NCBI GenBank assembly: GCA_016198755.1
Contig: JACQIB010000004.1
Span: forward strand, 91,192 to 155,191
Direction: 5' to 3'
From: Candidatus Aenigmatarchaeota archaeon
GTDB lineage: Archaea > Aenigmatarchaeota > Aenigmatarchaeia > Aenigmatarchaeales > JACQIB01
DNA length: 64,000 nucleotides
The notes below the pieces were generated by a model, which saw only the letters and a list, made by a program, of their open reading frames with translations, was not told where the DNA came from and did not search any database. Position numbers and translations under genes: made by a program. Shown piece after piece: positions 1 to 9,814 of the stretch (the first letter of the stretch is position 1; every line of letters begins with the position of its first letter).

Positions 1-102
1 AAAAGCAATGGCAACTCCCCCTGTCCCTCCCAAGAGAAAGCCAAAACCAAGTAAAATTGCTGTCAGTATACCCAAAAGCAGTGTTGTTCTTAATATAGCC
101 AT
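1..102 (-). CDS. Membrane protein, 5' end only (gene runs off the window); N-terminus resembles an HtpX-type M48 protease
   Basis: The reverse-strand ATG at 102-100 overlaps the TAA of the upstream gene (TAATG). The translation MAILRTTLLLGILTAILLGFGFLLGGTGGVAIAF stays open to the window edge. The RT..L..LT..L..G..GG pattern is typical of archaeal HtpX N-termini, but only 34 codons are visible. Confidence 0.35.
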   Translation of the reverse strand, partial: MAILRTTLLLGILTAILLGFGFLLGGTGGVAIAF

Positions 103-626
103 TAAACCAACCAATCTATCTGTTTTCTCTTTACCTTCTGCCCTTTAAAAACCTTTTCTGTTCCACTAAAGGCAGAGTTCACAGAACTTGTACAGTCAAA
201 TTCGTACACAGCAGAATGTTTTTGTTTTGCTTCGCAGGAAATTACTCCCACAAGCTCAGCTTCCATATTTTCCTTTATCTTTATTTTTGAGTACTTCCTT
301 TTTTTCAGTCTTTTCTCTAAAACAATAGGAGAGCAGCGCAGAACAATAACAGCACTCACAAGCTTTGTTGGTAGTAAGTGGGAAAGGTGGGAAACAACTG
401 CAATCCTTTCATTTTTCTGCTTTCCTATCCATAATTTTACATATTTGTTTATTTTTCTCTGGTCTGCAATGTAGCTTTTTAGTTTCTTATCATAGCCAGA
501 ATAAAGTTTCTTCCTGACAACAGCCCTGTTAAGCTCTAGCACAGCCCAGCCTTTGCTCTTCAGTATTTTGGCAAGTGTGCTCTTTCCAACTCCCGGAGTA
601 CCAGTTATTGCAATTATCTTCCTCAA
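102..626 (-). CDS. AK6/Fap7-type adenylate kinase-like NTPase
   Basis: The N-terminus has the P-loop ITGTPGVGKST. Later segments VVSHLSHLLP, VIVLRCSP..LEKRLKKR.Y and KI.EN..AE match the AK6/Fap7 pattern. The gene overlaps its upstream neighbour by 4 nt and its downstream neighbour by 1 nt. Confidence 0.7.
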   Translation of the reverse strand: MRKIIAITGTPGVGKSTLAKILKSKGWAVLELNRAVVRKKLYSGYDKKLKSYIADQRKINKYVKLWIGKQKNERIAVVSHLSHLLPTKLVSAVIVLRCSPIVLEKRLKKRKYSKIKIKENMEAELVGVISCEAKQKHSAVYEFDCTSSVNSAFSGTEKVFKGQKVKRKQIDWLV

Positions 627-1213
627 ATTTTCACACCCATTTCCTTCAGGTCATCCACAAGCTTTTCATATCCTTCAAATTTTAAAACCTTAAATCCAAG
701 CAGGCGTGCAGGAAGAAGATTTCTTTCATGGTTATCAATAAACAAACACTCACCGGCAGGAACAGCCAAATCTTTCAAAACCTTCTGGTATATTGAAAGC
801 CCGGGCTTTATCATATCAAAATCAGAGCTGATAAAAGTTTTATAAAAAAGCCCGCTTATTTCAGCCTCAACCCAGTCGCGTGCATAGTTGCTGAGCGCAA
901 CAACCTTGTAACCCTTTTTATCCAGCCTTTTAATGAGCCTGCGCACGCGCGAGTTTGGTTTAAGCTTGCTTTTCAGTATCTGCTCAAGCTTTTCCGGAGG
1001 CATTTCCAGCCCAAGGCTCTGAACAATGCCGCGGAAATACTCTTCAGGAGTTATCTCCCCCTTTGATACTTTATTCCAGTAGATTGCTGCCACAGTCCTG
1101 ACTTTCCACCAGTTTTTCCCATGTTTCTTGGAAATATAGTCAGCTGTTTCAGGTGTAAAAAAATCAGGTATCAAAACCCCGCCCAAATCAAATATTACAA
1201 CTTTTATTGTCAT
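623..1213 (-). CDS. HAD-superfamily hydrolase
   Basis: Motif I is VVIFDLGGVLI at the N-terminus and the motif IV region is CLFIDNHERN. The size of about 196 aa is typical of subfamily IA. Confidence 0.65.
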   Translation of the reverse strand: MTIKVVIFDLGGVLIPDFFTPETADYISKKHGKNWWKVRTVAAIYWNKVSKGEITPEEYFRGIVQSLGLEMPPEKLEQILKSKLKPNSRVRRLIKRLDKKGYKVVALSNYARDWVEAEISGLFYKTFISSDFDMIKPGLSIYQKVLKDLAVPAGECLFIDNHERNLLPARLLGFKVLKFEGYEKLVDDLKEMGVKI

Positions 1214-3018
1214 TTAATCCACCCAAGGGAACGGAAGAATTCTGTTATAGCTTTTATAAGTTCCTCCCAGAAACTCTGTAACTGTGGAACAGGCCTTTCA
1301 ATTACAGTTACAATTATAGAGCTGGAAGTTGAAAAGCTTTCAGTTGAGGCAAAAACCTGTATTACACCATCTGTCTTGTCAGAAGGAACAAACCTTATTT
1401 TAACTGTTTTTGTTCCATCAGGCTCAAGAAAAACAGTAGATGTTTCATTTTTCAGCTTTAGTCCTATTGTCTGGGCAACAGACAGTTTACTTGTCAGCAA
1501 AACAGAAACATTGTAGGGATCTGCTGCAAACATTGTTTCATTTGCTGAAACCGTTATATCAAACGGTTTTTTTGAGATGACTGTTATGTTCTGCTGGGAA
1601 AGGGCGCCTGCAGCATATGCATAGACAGTGAAATTATCTTTTCCAGCTACAATAGTACCATCATACAGGAGTTCATCCCCCTTGCTCGTGAAAATTCTTG
1701 AAAACGGAGCAGAAACCTGCATTTGTTCCCCGAGAACAACAGATGTTTTGCTTATGCTCAGCTGCGGTGGCGGTGCAATGCCTCCGCCAGTAAATGCAAA
1801 ACTAACACTCTTGTCTTCCCCTGAGCTTGTATAGACAGAGAGCGGACAGGTATACTTTGTGCCTTTCTGTATGTCTGGCAGCTTAAAGAACGAATAATAA
1901 GTTTTATTTCCGCAGATTGTTACAGGAACATCCTTTTCCCCACCCTTCATAAACTGGCTTCCCTGATAAACGCAGCTCTGTGCAGTAAACTTTGTCTGGA
2001 CGCAGGAATCAGAGCTGAGTTTTGTCCTGAGAACAGCCCAGCCAGCCCCAAACCCAGAGTCCATTAGACTACTGTCTAATTTAACAACAGGCGCTTCCTT
2101 GAACTCCAAAATCCTGAATTTTGCATCCACTTCGTTTATGTTTATGCCGAGGTTTCCCCTTCCCCTGACCTGTGCTGTTGCCTGCGGCACAGAAATATCC
2201 GGAATAGAAGCAAACTTTATATGGGTTGCATCAGTAAATCCTATCTCAGACCATGTTGGATCTGATGGATAACCTCCAACTTCTGTCCATGCATGAGGCA
2301 CAAAATCCTGGGCAATTTTAAATCCCCTCCCATATGCATACCCATAATTATAGGTTGCCTGCAGTCCAATGCTTCTGGAAAGTGCCATTAAAAGCGTGGA
2401 AAACTCATCACAAACCCCTTTTCTAATATTTAAAACAGTTTTTGCGCTTAAGTTTACATCAGAGTAATTCAAATCATATTCTATATTGTTATTAACCCAC
2501 TGTGTAAGGGAAAATACTCTGTCCATTTCCGAACCAGTGGCAAGTGTTTCAGCCAGAGCTTTTATTTCAGGATCAGCAGATTGTATTGCATCCGTGGGTT
2601 TCATCCATTCCTCTCCAGTTCTTATCTGGGCAGAAGTCTGCTTGTGGTTTTCCACAGTAGTTTTTACTGTAAACATAGGGCTTTCTTTTGGGTTCTGCCA
2701 CTTTATCTGTATAAGAGAATTACCCCAGTTGTCATTTACAATTGAATAGGCACATATATTCTCAAAGTTTTCAGAAAGCTTGCATAATCCTGTTTGATCT
2801 TTTACTTCAGTTATTTCTGTTTTCTGAGACTCTGTATTTTGAGGTATATAGATTTTGGCCTGCAGTGTGGAAACTTCCCCAGTTATTGTTAGTGTTCCTG
2901 ACTGTTCCACAGCTGTTTTAATATAGTTGACTTTAGTTGCATCCTTTATCTCCTGCGCTCCAGCAGGCAGCGAAACTAAAATAAGTGCAATAAAAACTGC
3001 AAAAACCACTTTCCACAT
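1210..3018 (-). CDS. Secreted transglutaminase-like domain protein
   Basis: The N-terminal signal peptide is MWKVVFAVFIALILVSLPAGA. The Cys-His-Asp transglutaminase-like core is readable as GVCDEFSTLLMALSRS ... PHAWTEV ... SDPTW. Confidence 0.65.
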   Translation of the reverse strand: MWKVVFAVFIALILVSLPAGAQEIKDATKVNYIKTAVEQSGTLTITGEVSTLQAKIYIPQNTESQKTEITEVKDQTGLCKLSENFENICAYSIVNDNWGNSLIQIKWQNPKESPMFTVKTTVENHKQTSAQIRTGEEWMKPTDAIQSADPEIKALAETLATGSEMDRVFSLTQWVNNNIEYDLNYSDVNLSAKTVLNIRKGVCDEFSTLLMALSRSIGLQATYNYGYAYGRGFKIAQDFVPHAWTEVGGYPSDPTWSEIGFTDATHIKFASIPDISVPQATAQVRGRGNLGININEVDAKFRILEFKEAPVVKLDSSLMDSGFGAGWAVLRTKLSSDSCVQTKFTAQSCVYQGSQFMKGGEKDVPVTICGNKTYYSFFKLPDIQKGTKYTCPLSVYTSSGEDKSVSFAFTGGGIAPPPQLSISKTSVVLGEQMQVSAPFSRIFTSKGDELLYDGTIVAGKDNFTVYAYAAGALSQQNITVISKKPFDITVSANETMFAADPYNVSVLLTSKLSVAQTIGLKLKNETSTVFLEPDGTKTVKIRFVPSDKTDGVIQVFASTESFSTSSSIIVTVIERPVPQLQSFWEELIKAITEFFRSLGWIK

Positions 3019-3073
3019 AGGAAAACTTATGGTTAACCCTTAATTTAAATCTCTTTAACCCCAAAAGAAACCC

Positions 3074-4015
3074 ATGACAGACCTCTGGATAGAGAAGTAT
3101 AGACCACACTCCCTTTCTGAAGTATATGGGCAGGAAGCTGTGGTAGAAAGGCTGAAAGGGTTTTTGAAGAAGGGAATTCCGCACATGATTTTTGCTGGAC
3201 CTGCAGGCTGCGGGAAAACCTCAGCAGCATTAGCTTTGGCGCATGATATGTTCGGTGAGAGCTGGCGGGGCAATCTTTTGGAACAAAATGCAAGCGATGA
3301 AAGGGGGATTGATGTTATAAGGAACAAAGTAAAGGATTTTGCGCGCACCAAACCTCTGGGTGTTCCATACAGGCTTATTCTGTTAGATGAGGCAGATGCA
3401 TTAACAGCTGATGCGCAGCATGCTCTCCGCAGAACAATGGAAAAATACTCTGAGACTGCAAGGTTTATTTTAATTGCAAACTATTCAAACAAGCTTATAG
3501 ATCCAATCCAATCCCGCTGTGCAATTTTCAGGTTCAGGCCCTTGGACAGGGAGAAAGCAAAACAGTATTTGGTTTCTGTACTGGAAAAGGAGGGAATAAA
3601 AGCCAGCGCCGGAGCCATAGAAGCTGTTCTGGATATAGCAGAAGGGGATATGCGCCGCGCGTTAAATATTATGCAGTCCTGCTCATCTACATCTGATTCT
3701 ATAGAAGAGAAAACTGTTTATGAAACTGTTGCAGCAGCTGAACCCGGTAGAGTGAAAGCAATGATTGCACTTGCACTGAAGGGGGAGTTTATTGGCTCCC
3801 GCACAGTGCTTTTGGAACTTCTGGGCGAGGGAATAGCCGGAGAAGACATAATGCGGGAAGCAGCAAAGCAACTTTACTCTGTAGAAATGGAAGAACCCAA
3901 AAGGGCTGCAGTAATAGAAAAGGCTGGAGAGTTTGAGTGGCGTTTAGCTAGCGGAGGAAATCCACAGATACAAATAGAGGCATTTTTAGCATTCTTAGCA
4001 GCGCAGCCGAAGTGA
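3074..4015 (+). CDS. rfcS: Replication factor C small subunit
   Basis: EKYRP..L.EV.GQ, Walker A GPAGCGKTS, LLDEADALT, the SRC motif IDPIQSRC and FILIANYSNKLI are all colinear with archaeal RfcS. A TATA box at 3041-3050 lies about 28 nt upstream of the ATG. Confidence 0.95.
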   Translation: MTDLWIEKYRPHSLSEVYGQEAVVERLKGFLKKGIPHMIFAGPAGCGKTSAALALAHDMFGESWRGNLLEQNASDERGIDVIRNKVKDFARTKPLGVPYRLILLDEADALTADAQHALRRTMEKYSETARFILIANYSNKLIDPIQSRCAIFRFRPLDREKAKQYLVSVLEKEGIKASAGAIEAVLDIAEGDMRRALNIMQSCSSTSDSIEEKTVYETVAAAEPGRVKAMIALALKGEFIGSRTVLLELLGEGIAGEDIMREAAKQLYSVEMEEPKRAAVIEKAGEFEWRLASGGNPQIQIEAFLAFLAAQPK

Positions 4016-4055
4016 AAACATAAGCTTTATATAGCTTTCTTTCCTATTGCTTCGC

Positions 4056-4376
4056 ATGGAAGGACTACCACTAAAGTATATAGCAATCGTGCTTGTGGCT
4101 GCGATTGTGATTGTAGCTGTTTACTCAGTAGCCAGCACATTCACAGGTCAGGCTTCACAGGGCGGTTCACAGCTAAGCAATGTAGTCGGCGGCGGAGTTA
4201 ATGCAACTGGCCAGGATGCCTGCGCAAAGTTGGGTGGAGAATGGTTTATGGCCAAAGCACCAAGTCCAAATGTAGGGAAATATGCCTGCGTATACAGCCA
4301 GACAGACTGTGAGCAGAACGGTGGAACCTGGCCTACGGGAACCACTACTACAGGAACCAACCCTAAGTGCACATAA
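4056..4376 (+). CDS. Small N-terminally anchored, Cys-containing secreted protein (hypothetical)
   Basis: I prefer the ATG at 4056 over the TTG at 4047 because the TATA box TTTATATA at 4026-4033 is centred about 27 nt upstream. The product starts MEGLPLKYIAIVLVAAIVIVAVYS, followed by a Gly/Thr-rich region with 4 Cys. Confidence 0.45.
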   Translation: MEGLPLKYIAIVLVAAIVIVAVYSVASTFTGQASQGGSQLSNVVGGGVNATGQDACAKLGGEWFMAKAPSPNVGKYACVYSQTDCEQNGGTWPTGTTTTGTNPKCT

Positions 4377-4440
4377 AACCGCTGACAAGGCTTCATTATT
4401 TCTTTTGGAGCCGTTTTCCTAGCTTTGCAAGGGGTTTGGA

Positions 4441-4689
4441 ATGAGAATAGAAGTTAAAGCTAAACCAGGTTCCAAAGAGGAAAAGGCAGAGTTTAGGGAT
4501 GGGAAATTGATTGTTTTCTTAAAAGAGCCTGCTGAAAAGGGAAAGGCTAATATTGCTTTGATAAAGCTTTTATCAGGAATTTTCGGGAGTGCAAGGATTG
4601 TTTCTGGTGTAAAATCAAAGAAAAAGGTTGTTGAGCTGCCACAGGGTTCTATAGAAGAGATAAAAGCTCAGGCAACCTCTACATCATGA
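4441..4689 (+). CDS. DUF167/YggU-like small protein
   Basis: The 82-aa product has the pattern V.AKPGSK......DGKL.V.L.EPA.KGKAN..LIKLLS, typical of the UPF0235/DUF167 family. Confidence 0.55.
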   Translation: MRIEVKAKPGSKEEKAEFRDGKLIVFLKEPAEKGKANIALIKLLSGIFGSARIVSGVKSKKKVVELPQGSIEEIKAQATSTS

Positions 4690-6095
4690 GCACCGCTTTC
4701 CTTCTTCCCTGCTTCTGAAATTTTAACAAACTCAGAGTTCTTTTGCAGTTCAGCTATATTCTTTGCACCAGAATAGCTCATTCCAGAGCGCAGACCCCCA
4801 AGCAATTGGTTTATTATTTCAACAACACTTCCCTTGAAAGGCACAAACCCCTCCACCCCTTCAGGTGTATAGTCTAAAGCGTCTATCTCCTCTCCAATAG
4901 TTTCCCTGTCTACAGCAGAATCAATTGAGGCAGAGCCCCTGTAAATTTTATACTTCCTCCCATTCCTTATAACAGTCATTCCCGGAGACTCATCTGTCCC
5001 AGCCAAAAGGTTTCCAAGCATAACAGTAGAGGCTCCTGCAGCCAGAGCTTTTGTTATACTCCCTGATTTTTCTATTCCCCCATCAGCTATCAGCGGAACC
5101 CCATAATCCTTTGCAATCTTTGCACATTCTAAAATTGCTGTTAATTGGGGAACGCCAGCTCCAGTTACAATGCGTGTAGTGCATGAACTGCCAGGTCCGA
5201 CTCCAATTTTAACAGCATCAGCACCCGCAACAATCAAATCCCTGCACCCCTCCCCCGTTGCAACATTCCCAGCAATAATCTCCACATCCCCAAAAGCCTT
5301 TTTCAGCTCCCTTACAGTGTTTATCCCCAAGTCAGAGTGGCCATGTGCTAAATCCACGCAAATAACATCCGCTCCAGCTTCCAATAGCTTTCCAGCTCTT
5401 TCAATAAACCCTTTTTTCACCCCAACTGCAGCTCCAACCAAAAGCCTTCCTTTTCTGCTCTTCACAGCTTTCGGGTGGCTATATTGTCTTAGAATATCCT
5501 TGCTTGCTATCATTCCAGCTAAAGTTCCATCTGCAGTCACAAGCGGCAGCTTCTCAATTTTGTATTCCTGCAGTATTTCCTTTGCCCGTTCAATAGTGGT
5601 TCCTGCAGGTGCTGTTATAGCCTTCCCTACAGGGGTCATTATTTCTGAAGCTTCTTTTTTTAGATCTGTTTCGAATCTTATATCCCTTGAAGTTATAATT
5701 CCCTTCAGCTTTCTTTCAGGGCTTACAACAAGAATGCTGTGCACCCCCTGCTCTGACATTATGTTCTGTATATCATGCAATGTTTGGTTTGGAAGGACTG
5801 TAAATGGGTTGTCTATAACTATTGTTTCAGCTCTTTTAACCCTCAAAACCTTTTCCACCTGCTTTTCTATTGGAAGGAAACGGTGTATAATTCCTATTCC
5901 CCCCTCCCTTGCTAAAGCAATAGCCATTTTAGCTTCGCAGACAGTATCCATGTTAGCTGCAACTATGGGAATATTCAATTTTATTCTGCGTGAAAGCATT
6001 ACTTCAGTATTTATATCTTTCCTCGAGTTAACAGAAGATCTTTTTGGAATAAGCAAAACATCATCATAAGAAAGCCCTTCCTTGATTTCAACCAT
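4668..6095 (-). CDS. guaB: IMP dehydrogenase
   Basis: [11 protein letters not shown] lies near the N-terminus. A CBS pair is inserted in the middle, the catalytic loop is [11 protein letters not shown], and GGI..SG...KALAAGA follows. I place the start at the internal Met ([12 protein letters not shown]) because the promoter of the divergent gene at 6186 (TATA 6155-6162) lies inside the longer ORF that runs to 6176. Confidence 0.9.
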   Translation of the reverse strand: MVEIKEGLSYDDVLLIPKRSSVNSRKDINTEVMLSRRIKLNIPIVAANMDTVCEAKMAIALAREGGIGIIHRFLPIEKQVEKVLRVKRAETIVIDNPFTVLPNQTLHDIQNIMSEQGVHSILVVSPERKLKGIITSRDIRFETDLKKEASEIMTPVGKAITAPAGTTIERAKEILQEYKIEKLPLVTADGTLAGMIASKDILRQYSHPKAVKSRKGRLLVGAAVGVKKGFIERAGKLLEAGADVICVDLAHGHSDLGINTVRELKKAFGDVEIIAGNVATGEGCRDLIVAGADAVKIGVGPGSSCTTRIVTGAGVPQLTAILECAKIAKDYGVPLIADGGIEKSGSITKALAAGASTVMLGNLLAGTDESPGMTVIRNGRKYKIYRGSASIDSAVDRETIGEEIDALDYTPEGVEGFVPFKGSVVEIINQLLGGLRSGMSYSGAKNIAELQKNSEFVKISEAGKKESGAHDVEVA

Positions 6096-6185
6096 TTTAT
6101 CCCCTACAGCTACTGTTCTGTAGAAATAAATCCTTTTGTTTGCTGCTGCAGCAGCTTTAAAATCCTTTGCAGACAATACTGGGCT

Positions 6186-6662
6186 ATGAAAGGGATAGAG
6201 TCAATGCCAATAAGGATATTAGCTTCAGTTTTCATTTTGTTTGCTGTTGTTTCAGTTGGATTATGGCAGCTTGGCTGGTTTACAAACTTTAAAACAGAGG
6301 CAGAATTCAAGCAGAATACTGTTGAGTTCTCGCAGAAGATACAGACTCTAAAGGCTGTTGGAACAGGTTCTTTTGATTCTGAAACAGTTCATGTTCCTGA
6401 TGGCTGGACATTTACAGTGGATTTGGCAGAGAATACTGTTTATGCAAGGCCAAAGGGAGGAGCAAACTTTACTGTTAATGTTACAGCAAACCTTGTAAAG
6501 TTCAAGGCTTTGGATCCCTCAACCGGAAACATGAAAATCTACACTGATGCAACGAAAGATAGTTCTGTTGAGTTTTCAAAGGGCACTTACAACATAAGGC
6601 TGTACTATGGACAGTTGGATGATGATAAGGTTAAAGACTGGACACTTGTTTTTGGTGGTTAA
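6186..6662 (+). CDS. Small N-terminally anchored extracellular protein (pilin-like operon, gene 1)
   Basis: The product starts MKGIESMPIRILASVFILFAVVSVGLW and the rest is soluble and beta-rich. It is the first of four back-to-back or overlapping genes. Confidence 0.45.
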   Translation: MKGIESMPIRILASVFILFAVVSVGLWQLGWFTNFKTEAEFKQNTVEFSQKIQTLKAVGTGSFDSETVHVPDGWTFTVDLAENTVYARPKGGANFTVNVTANLVKFKALDPSTGNMKIYTDATKDSSVEFSKGTYNIRLYYGQLDDDKVKDWTLVFGG

Positions 6663-7004
6663 ATGATAGATTGGTTTGCTGCGCGCATGGGAATACTTAT
6701 ATTTGCAATAGCTGCAGCTGGAGTTCTTTTAGTGTTTGTTTCTTTCCAGAGCCAGTTTTTTGTTGCACAGCAGAACGCTTTAACAGCTTCCACTCTTGCA
6801 AGGGCAGCTGATCTCCTCCCTGAAATGGCTTACTTGAATTATACTCTGCCTCCGAACTCAAAGCTGGAAATGAAGGATGGAATTATAAGCATTGAGAAAT
6901 TGGAGCGCTCATTCCTGTCAAAAGCTGATACAGCAGGCCCGTTATCTGGAACTGTTAGTTTGTACAGGGAAAATGGGAAAATAAAGGTGGTAAATATTGC
7001 CTGA
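6663..7004 (+). CDS. Small N-terminally anchored protein (pilin-like operon, gene 2)
   Basis: The junction with gene 1 is TAAATG. The N-terminus is MIDWFAARMGILIFAIAAAGVLLVFVSF. Confidence 0.45.
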   Translation: MIDWFAARMGILIFAIAAAGVLLVFVSFQSQFFVAQQNALTASTLARAADLLPEMAYLNYTLPPNSKLEMKDGIISIEKLERSFLSKADTAGPLSGTVSLYRENGKIKVVNIA

Positions 7005-7332
7005 GGAATTATTATCTGCTGTAATAGCTTCTATACTGCTTTTGCTGTTCTTACTCAGTATTATCTTTATTTATGGGAAGGCAGCTGAAAGGCTTGACTA
7101 TACAGAACTGAGAAGGGGAGCATGGGCTGGCGCAGAGTTTTTTGTTTATAATGGTTCAGCACATGCAAAGCTTTCCTTTGCTAATGCAACAAACTTATCC
7201 AATGTATCCCAGCCCTTCCCCAGCTATCCACAATATAATTTTGAACATACTGTAGCAGTTTCAAGAATTCCCTATATTAACGGGACAGCACCCAACTACC
7301 CTTTTATGGTGGAGTTTTATGTTGGCAGGTAA
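6997..7332 (+). CDS. Small N-terminally anchored protein (pilin-like operon, gene 3)
   Basis: A TTG start overlaps gene 2 by 8 nt. The hydrophobic N-terminus is LLSAVIASILLLLFLLSIIFIYG, and several N-X-S/T sequons follow. Confidence 0.4.
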   Translation: MPEELLSAVIASILLLLFLLSIIFIYGKAAERLDYTELRRGAWAGAEFFVYNGSAHAKLSFANATNLSNVSQPFPSYPQYNFEHTVAVSRIPYINGTAPNYPFMVEFYVGR

Positions 7333-7921
7333 AGGTCAGGCTTCAATGATAGACATACTTATACTCACACTAATAGTTTCTGCTCTTTTTGTTTTTGTTT
7401 ATGTACTGCCAAATGCTGCTGACACAGCTCTGGAAAGCAGAGGGGAGGCTGCATACAACCGTGCTGTACTTTCCAGCCTACTGAACTGGACAAACGCAAC
7501 CTACGGTCCTTACTATAATGCTTTTAACAACAAGGCAGGCGTGAGCTTTGGGCAGGCTGCAGACCTTTATTTCTGCTGTAATAAAGGGGACGCTTGCTTT
7601 GGGAAGCTTGGACCAAAAGAGAAGGATGTGGAGGAGCGGCTGGAGGTTTCAGCTGCGGATTTTTTAAATAAAACAGCAAGGAACGAGTTTTACTATATTT
7701 TGTTTACTGATTTCACAAATCCCGCTGGAAAGCAGAGGCAGCTGATAGCTTACAACAACCAGTCAGATGTTTGTTCATCAAGCCTTATAGTAACTTCTTT
7801 CAACCTGAATCTTACTTGTTCTACCTCAGACAAACCTTTGGCTTTCCAGTATGCGCAGTGGAGGATTGGAAAGGATGTTAAAAGGGCAGCAGACTGCGAG
7901 AGAGTAACCACAACTACTTGA
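7319..7921 (+). CDS. Putative class III (prepilin-type) signal peptide protein (pilin-like operon, gene 4)
   Basis: The N-terminus MLAGKGQASMIDILILTLIVSALFVFVYVL fits the archaeal prepilin pattern [KR]-G followed by Q/A/S and a hydrophobic helix. The gene overlaps gene 3 by 14 nt. Confidence 0.45.
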   Translation: MLAGKGQASMIDILILTLIVSALFVFVYVLPNAADTALESRGEAAYNRAVLSSLLNWTNATYGPYYNAFNNKAGVSFGQAADLYFCCNKGDACFGKLGPKEKDVEERLEVSAADFLNKTARNEFYYILFTDFTNPAGKQRQLIAYNNQSDVCSSSLIVTSFNLNLTCSTSDKPLAFQYAQWRIGKDVKRAADCERVTTTT

Positions 7922-8555
7922 GTTCTGGGTGGAAAACTCTTGCTGAGGGGCACAAATTCTTTAAAATACAGGCAGGGCAGCGCGGTGAGCGCGCAGTGCA
8001 AACAGCTCTTCCATGGGCAATCAAAAGCAGGTTAACATTGTCCCAGTCTGCGCGCGGGAACAGCTTTATCAAATCCTGCTCTGTTTTGTCTGGTGTTTTT
8101 CCCTCGCTCAGTCCAAGTCTGTGAGAAAGCCTGAACACATGAGTGTCTACTGCAATCCCCTCCATTTTTCCATGAATATTTGCAAGAACAATATTGGCTG
8201 TTTTCCTCGCTACTCCCGGCAATTCTGTAAGCTGTTCCATAGAGTCTGGAATTTTCCCTTTATGTTTTTCCAGCAAAATCCGGGCAGAGCCGCGGATGTA
8301 TTTGGCTTTTTGTTTGTAAAACCCAGTTGGATGGATTATTTTCTCCAGTTCTTTCAAATCAGCTGAAGCATAATCTTTCAGGGTTTTATACCTTGAAAAC
8401 AAAACGGGTGTTACTTTGTTAACTCTCTCATCAGTACATTGAGCAGAAAGTATTGTAGCAAACAAAAGCTCGTGCGGCTTTCCATGGTGAAGATAACATT
8501 TTACATCTGGATACTCTTTCTTGAGCAGCCCGAGAATTTTCTTAGCATTTTCCAT
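7914..8555 (-). CDS. nth: Endonuclease III (HhH-GPD DNA glycosylase/AP lyase)
   Basis: The helix-hairpin-helix is LPGVARKTANIVL, and the C-terminal 4Fe-4S loop is C.ARSPRCPACILKNLC. I place the start at the internal Met (MENAKKILGLL); the longer ORF to 8630 would overlap the upstream gene by 89 nt. Confidence 0.85.
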   Translation of the reverse strand: MENAKKILGLLKKEYPDVKCYLHHGKPHELLFATILSAQCTDERVNKVTPVLFSRYKTLKDYASADLKELEKIIHPTGFYKQKAKYIRGSARILLEKHKGKIPDSMEQLTELPGVARKTANIVLANIHGKMEGIAVDTHVFRLSHRLGLSEGKTPDKTEQDLIKLFPRADWDNVNLLLIAHGRAVCTARSPRCPACILKNLCPSARVFHPELK

Positions 8556-8922
8556 ACTTATCAGTGTTCTGCAAAGCTCTGAGAGGGAGTAAAGCACACT
8601 TAAGGCGCGCAGGACTAACAGAAATCCCAAGCAAATCTATCACTTCTTTCTCCCCTGTATTTTTCAGCTCTTCAATTTTCTTCCCTATCAAATTTTCTAA
8701 AAGCATGCTTGTAGCAGCCTGCGAGATTGCGCACCCCTTCCCTTCAAACTTCGCTTCAGTAACCTTTCCCTTCTTATCAGCCTTAATATAGAGTGTAATC
8801 TCATCTCCGCAGAGAGTGTTAACTTCCCTGACTTTTATCTCTGCTTTTGCGATCTTCCCTTTATTCGGCGGATGTGTATAGTAGTCTATAATCTGCTCGG
8901 CATACATATCCATTCTGCTCAC
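8542..8922 (-). CDS. NifU/IscU/SufU-family Fe-S cluster scaffold
   Basis: Three conserved Cys are present in the contexts NTLCGDEI, GKGCAISQA and PARLKCALL. The length of 126 aa fits the family. Confidence 0.8.
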   Translation of the reverse strand: MSRMDMYAEQIIDYYTHPPNKGKIAKAEIKVREVNTLCGDEITLYIKADKKGKVTEAKFEGKGCAISQAATSMLLENLIGKKIEELKNTGEKEVIDLLGISVSPARLKCALLPLRALQNTDKYGKC

Positions 8923-8975
8923 TCAAAAGAACTGGTTGAAAGAAGTTTATTAAGCTTTCCAATAGTATTCGTTAC

Positions 8976-9749
8976 ATGGAAAATAGGTGGTTCTGGGATC
9001 TGCATAATACGCTGGAAACAGGTACACCGCATGCAGATGCCTGTGCTTTCAATAAGTATTTGGCAGCAAAAAATATAGAGAGAAGGTATACGGCAGAGCA
9101 GATACGTGCAGCAGGCCCAACATGGTCTATAAGGCTGAAGACTCTTGTTCCAGATCTGCTTGTAAATGATCAGGCAATTACAGATTTAAGAGAAAAGCAG
9201 ATTGCTGCAATACCTAAATTCTGCAAAGCAACCCCTGGTGCAGTGGAAACCCTGCGTTATATACGTAGTAGGGGAGATGTTAATGCAATAGTTTCATGGT
9301 CAAGGCCAACTGTATTAAAAGCCTATATGAATGCTTTGGGGTTTGCCGGCTATGTGAACGGGGGAGTTTTCAGCGTTTATGATGCAATGGACGAAGCAAA
9401 AAGAGCAGGCACAAGCATTTCAAACGACACAGACAGCGTGCCCTTCTATAAAGCCCGCATAATGGGCAGATTTTTGGACGATGATGTACCAATCTTTACA
9501 GTAGGTGATATGGAAGGGGATGTGGAAGCCGGACTAATGCTGGAGAAGGAGAGGGTTGCTAAAGGCAAAACACATCCGGTGACAACAATGCTGTTTTCTC
9601 CAGATGATACAAGCCAGAAAAGCAAGGCTAATCATGTTATAAAAATACTGCCTGAGGTTGTATCTATTGTTTATGGGGATATTCTGAATTGCGTGCCTAG
9701 GTGGTGCTATGCAAGCTGGTATTACAAGCGAGTATCAGGACAGCAATAA
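8976..9749 (+). CDS. HAD-like hydrolase with atypical motif I (tentative)
   Basis: WFWDLHNTL occupies the DxDxT position, with His replacing the second Asp. IVSWS is a candidate motif II and VGDMEGDVEAG a candidate motif IV. A TATA box at 8946-8953 lies about 26 nt upstream of the ATG. Confidence 0.4.
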   Translation: MENRWFWDLHNTLETGTPHADACAFNKYLAAKNIERRYTAEQIRAAGPTWSIRLKTLVPDLLVNDQAITDLREKQIAAIPKFCKATPGAVETLRYIRSRGDVNAIVSWSRPTVLKAYMNALGFAGYVNGGVFSVYDAMDEAKRAGTSISNDTDSVPFYKARIMGRFLDDDVPIFTVGDMEGDVEAGLMLEKERVAKGKTHPVTTMLFSPDDTSQKSKANHVIKILPEVVSIVYGDILNCVPRWCYASWYYKRVSGQQ

Positions 9750-9814
9750 ACAGTCACGTTTTCTTCTGTTCCAAAAAAGGACTTGTTGACATAAGTGTTT
9801 ACATATATTCAAAA

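Noticed and set aside
3045-3351. Three minus-strand ORFs (82-98 aa) lie across the 5' end of rfcS.
   Set aside because: They are antisense to, or overlap, the well-supported RFC gene and its promoter, and they have no motifs.
5170-6069. A 299-aa ORF on the plus strand lies inside guaB.
   Set aside because: It is entirely antisense to a strongly supported IMP dehydrogenase gene. Its product is low-complexity and Ser/Pro/Ile-rich with no motif, which is typical of a shadow ORF.
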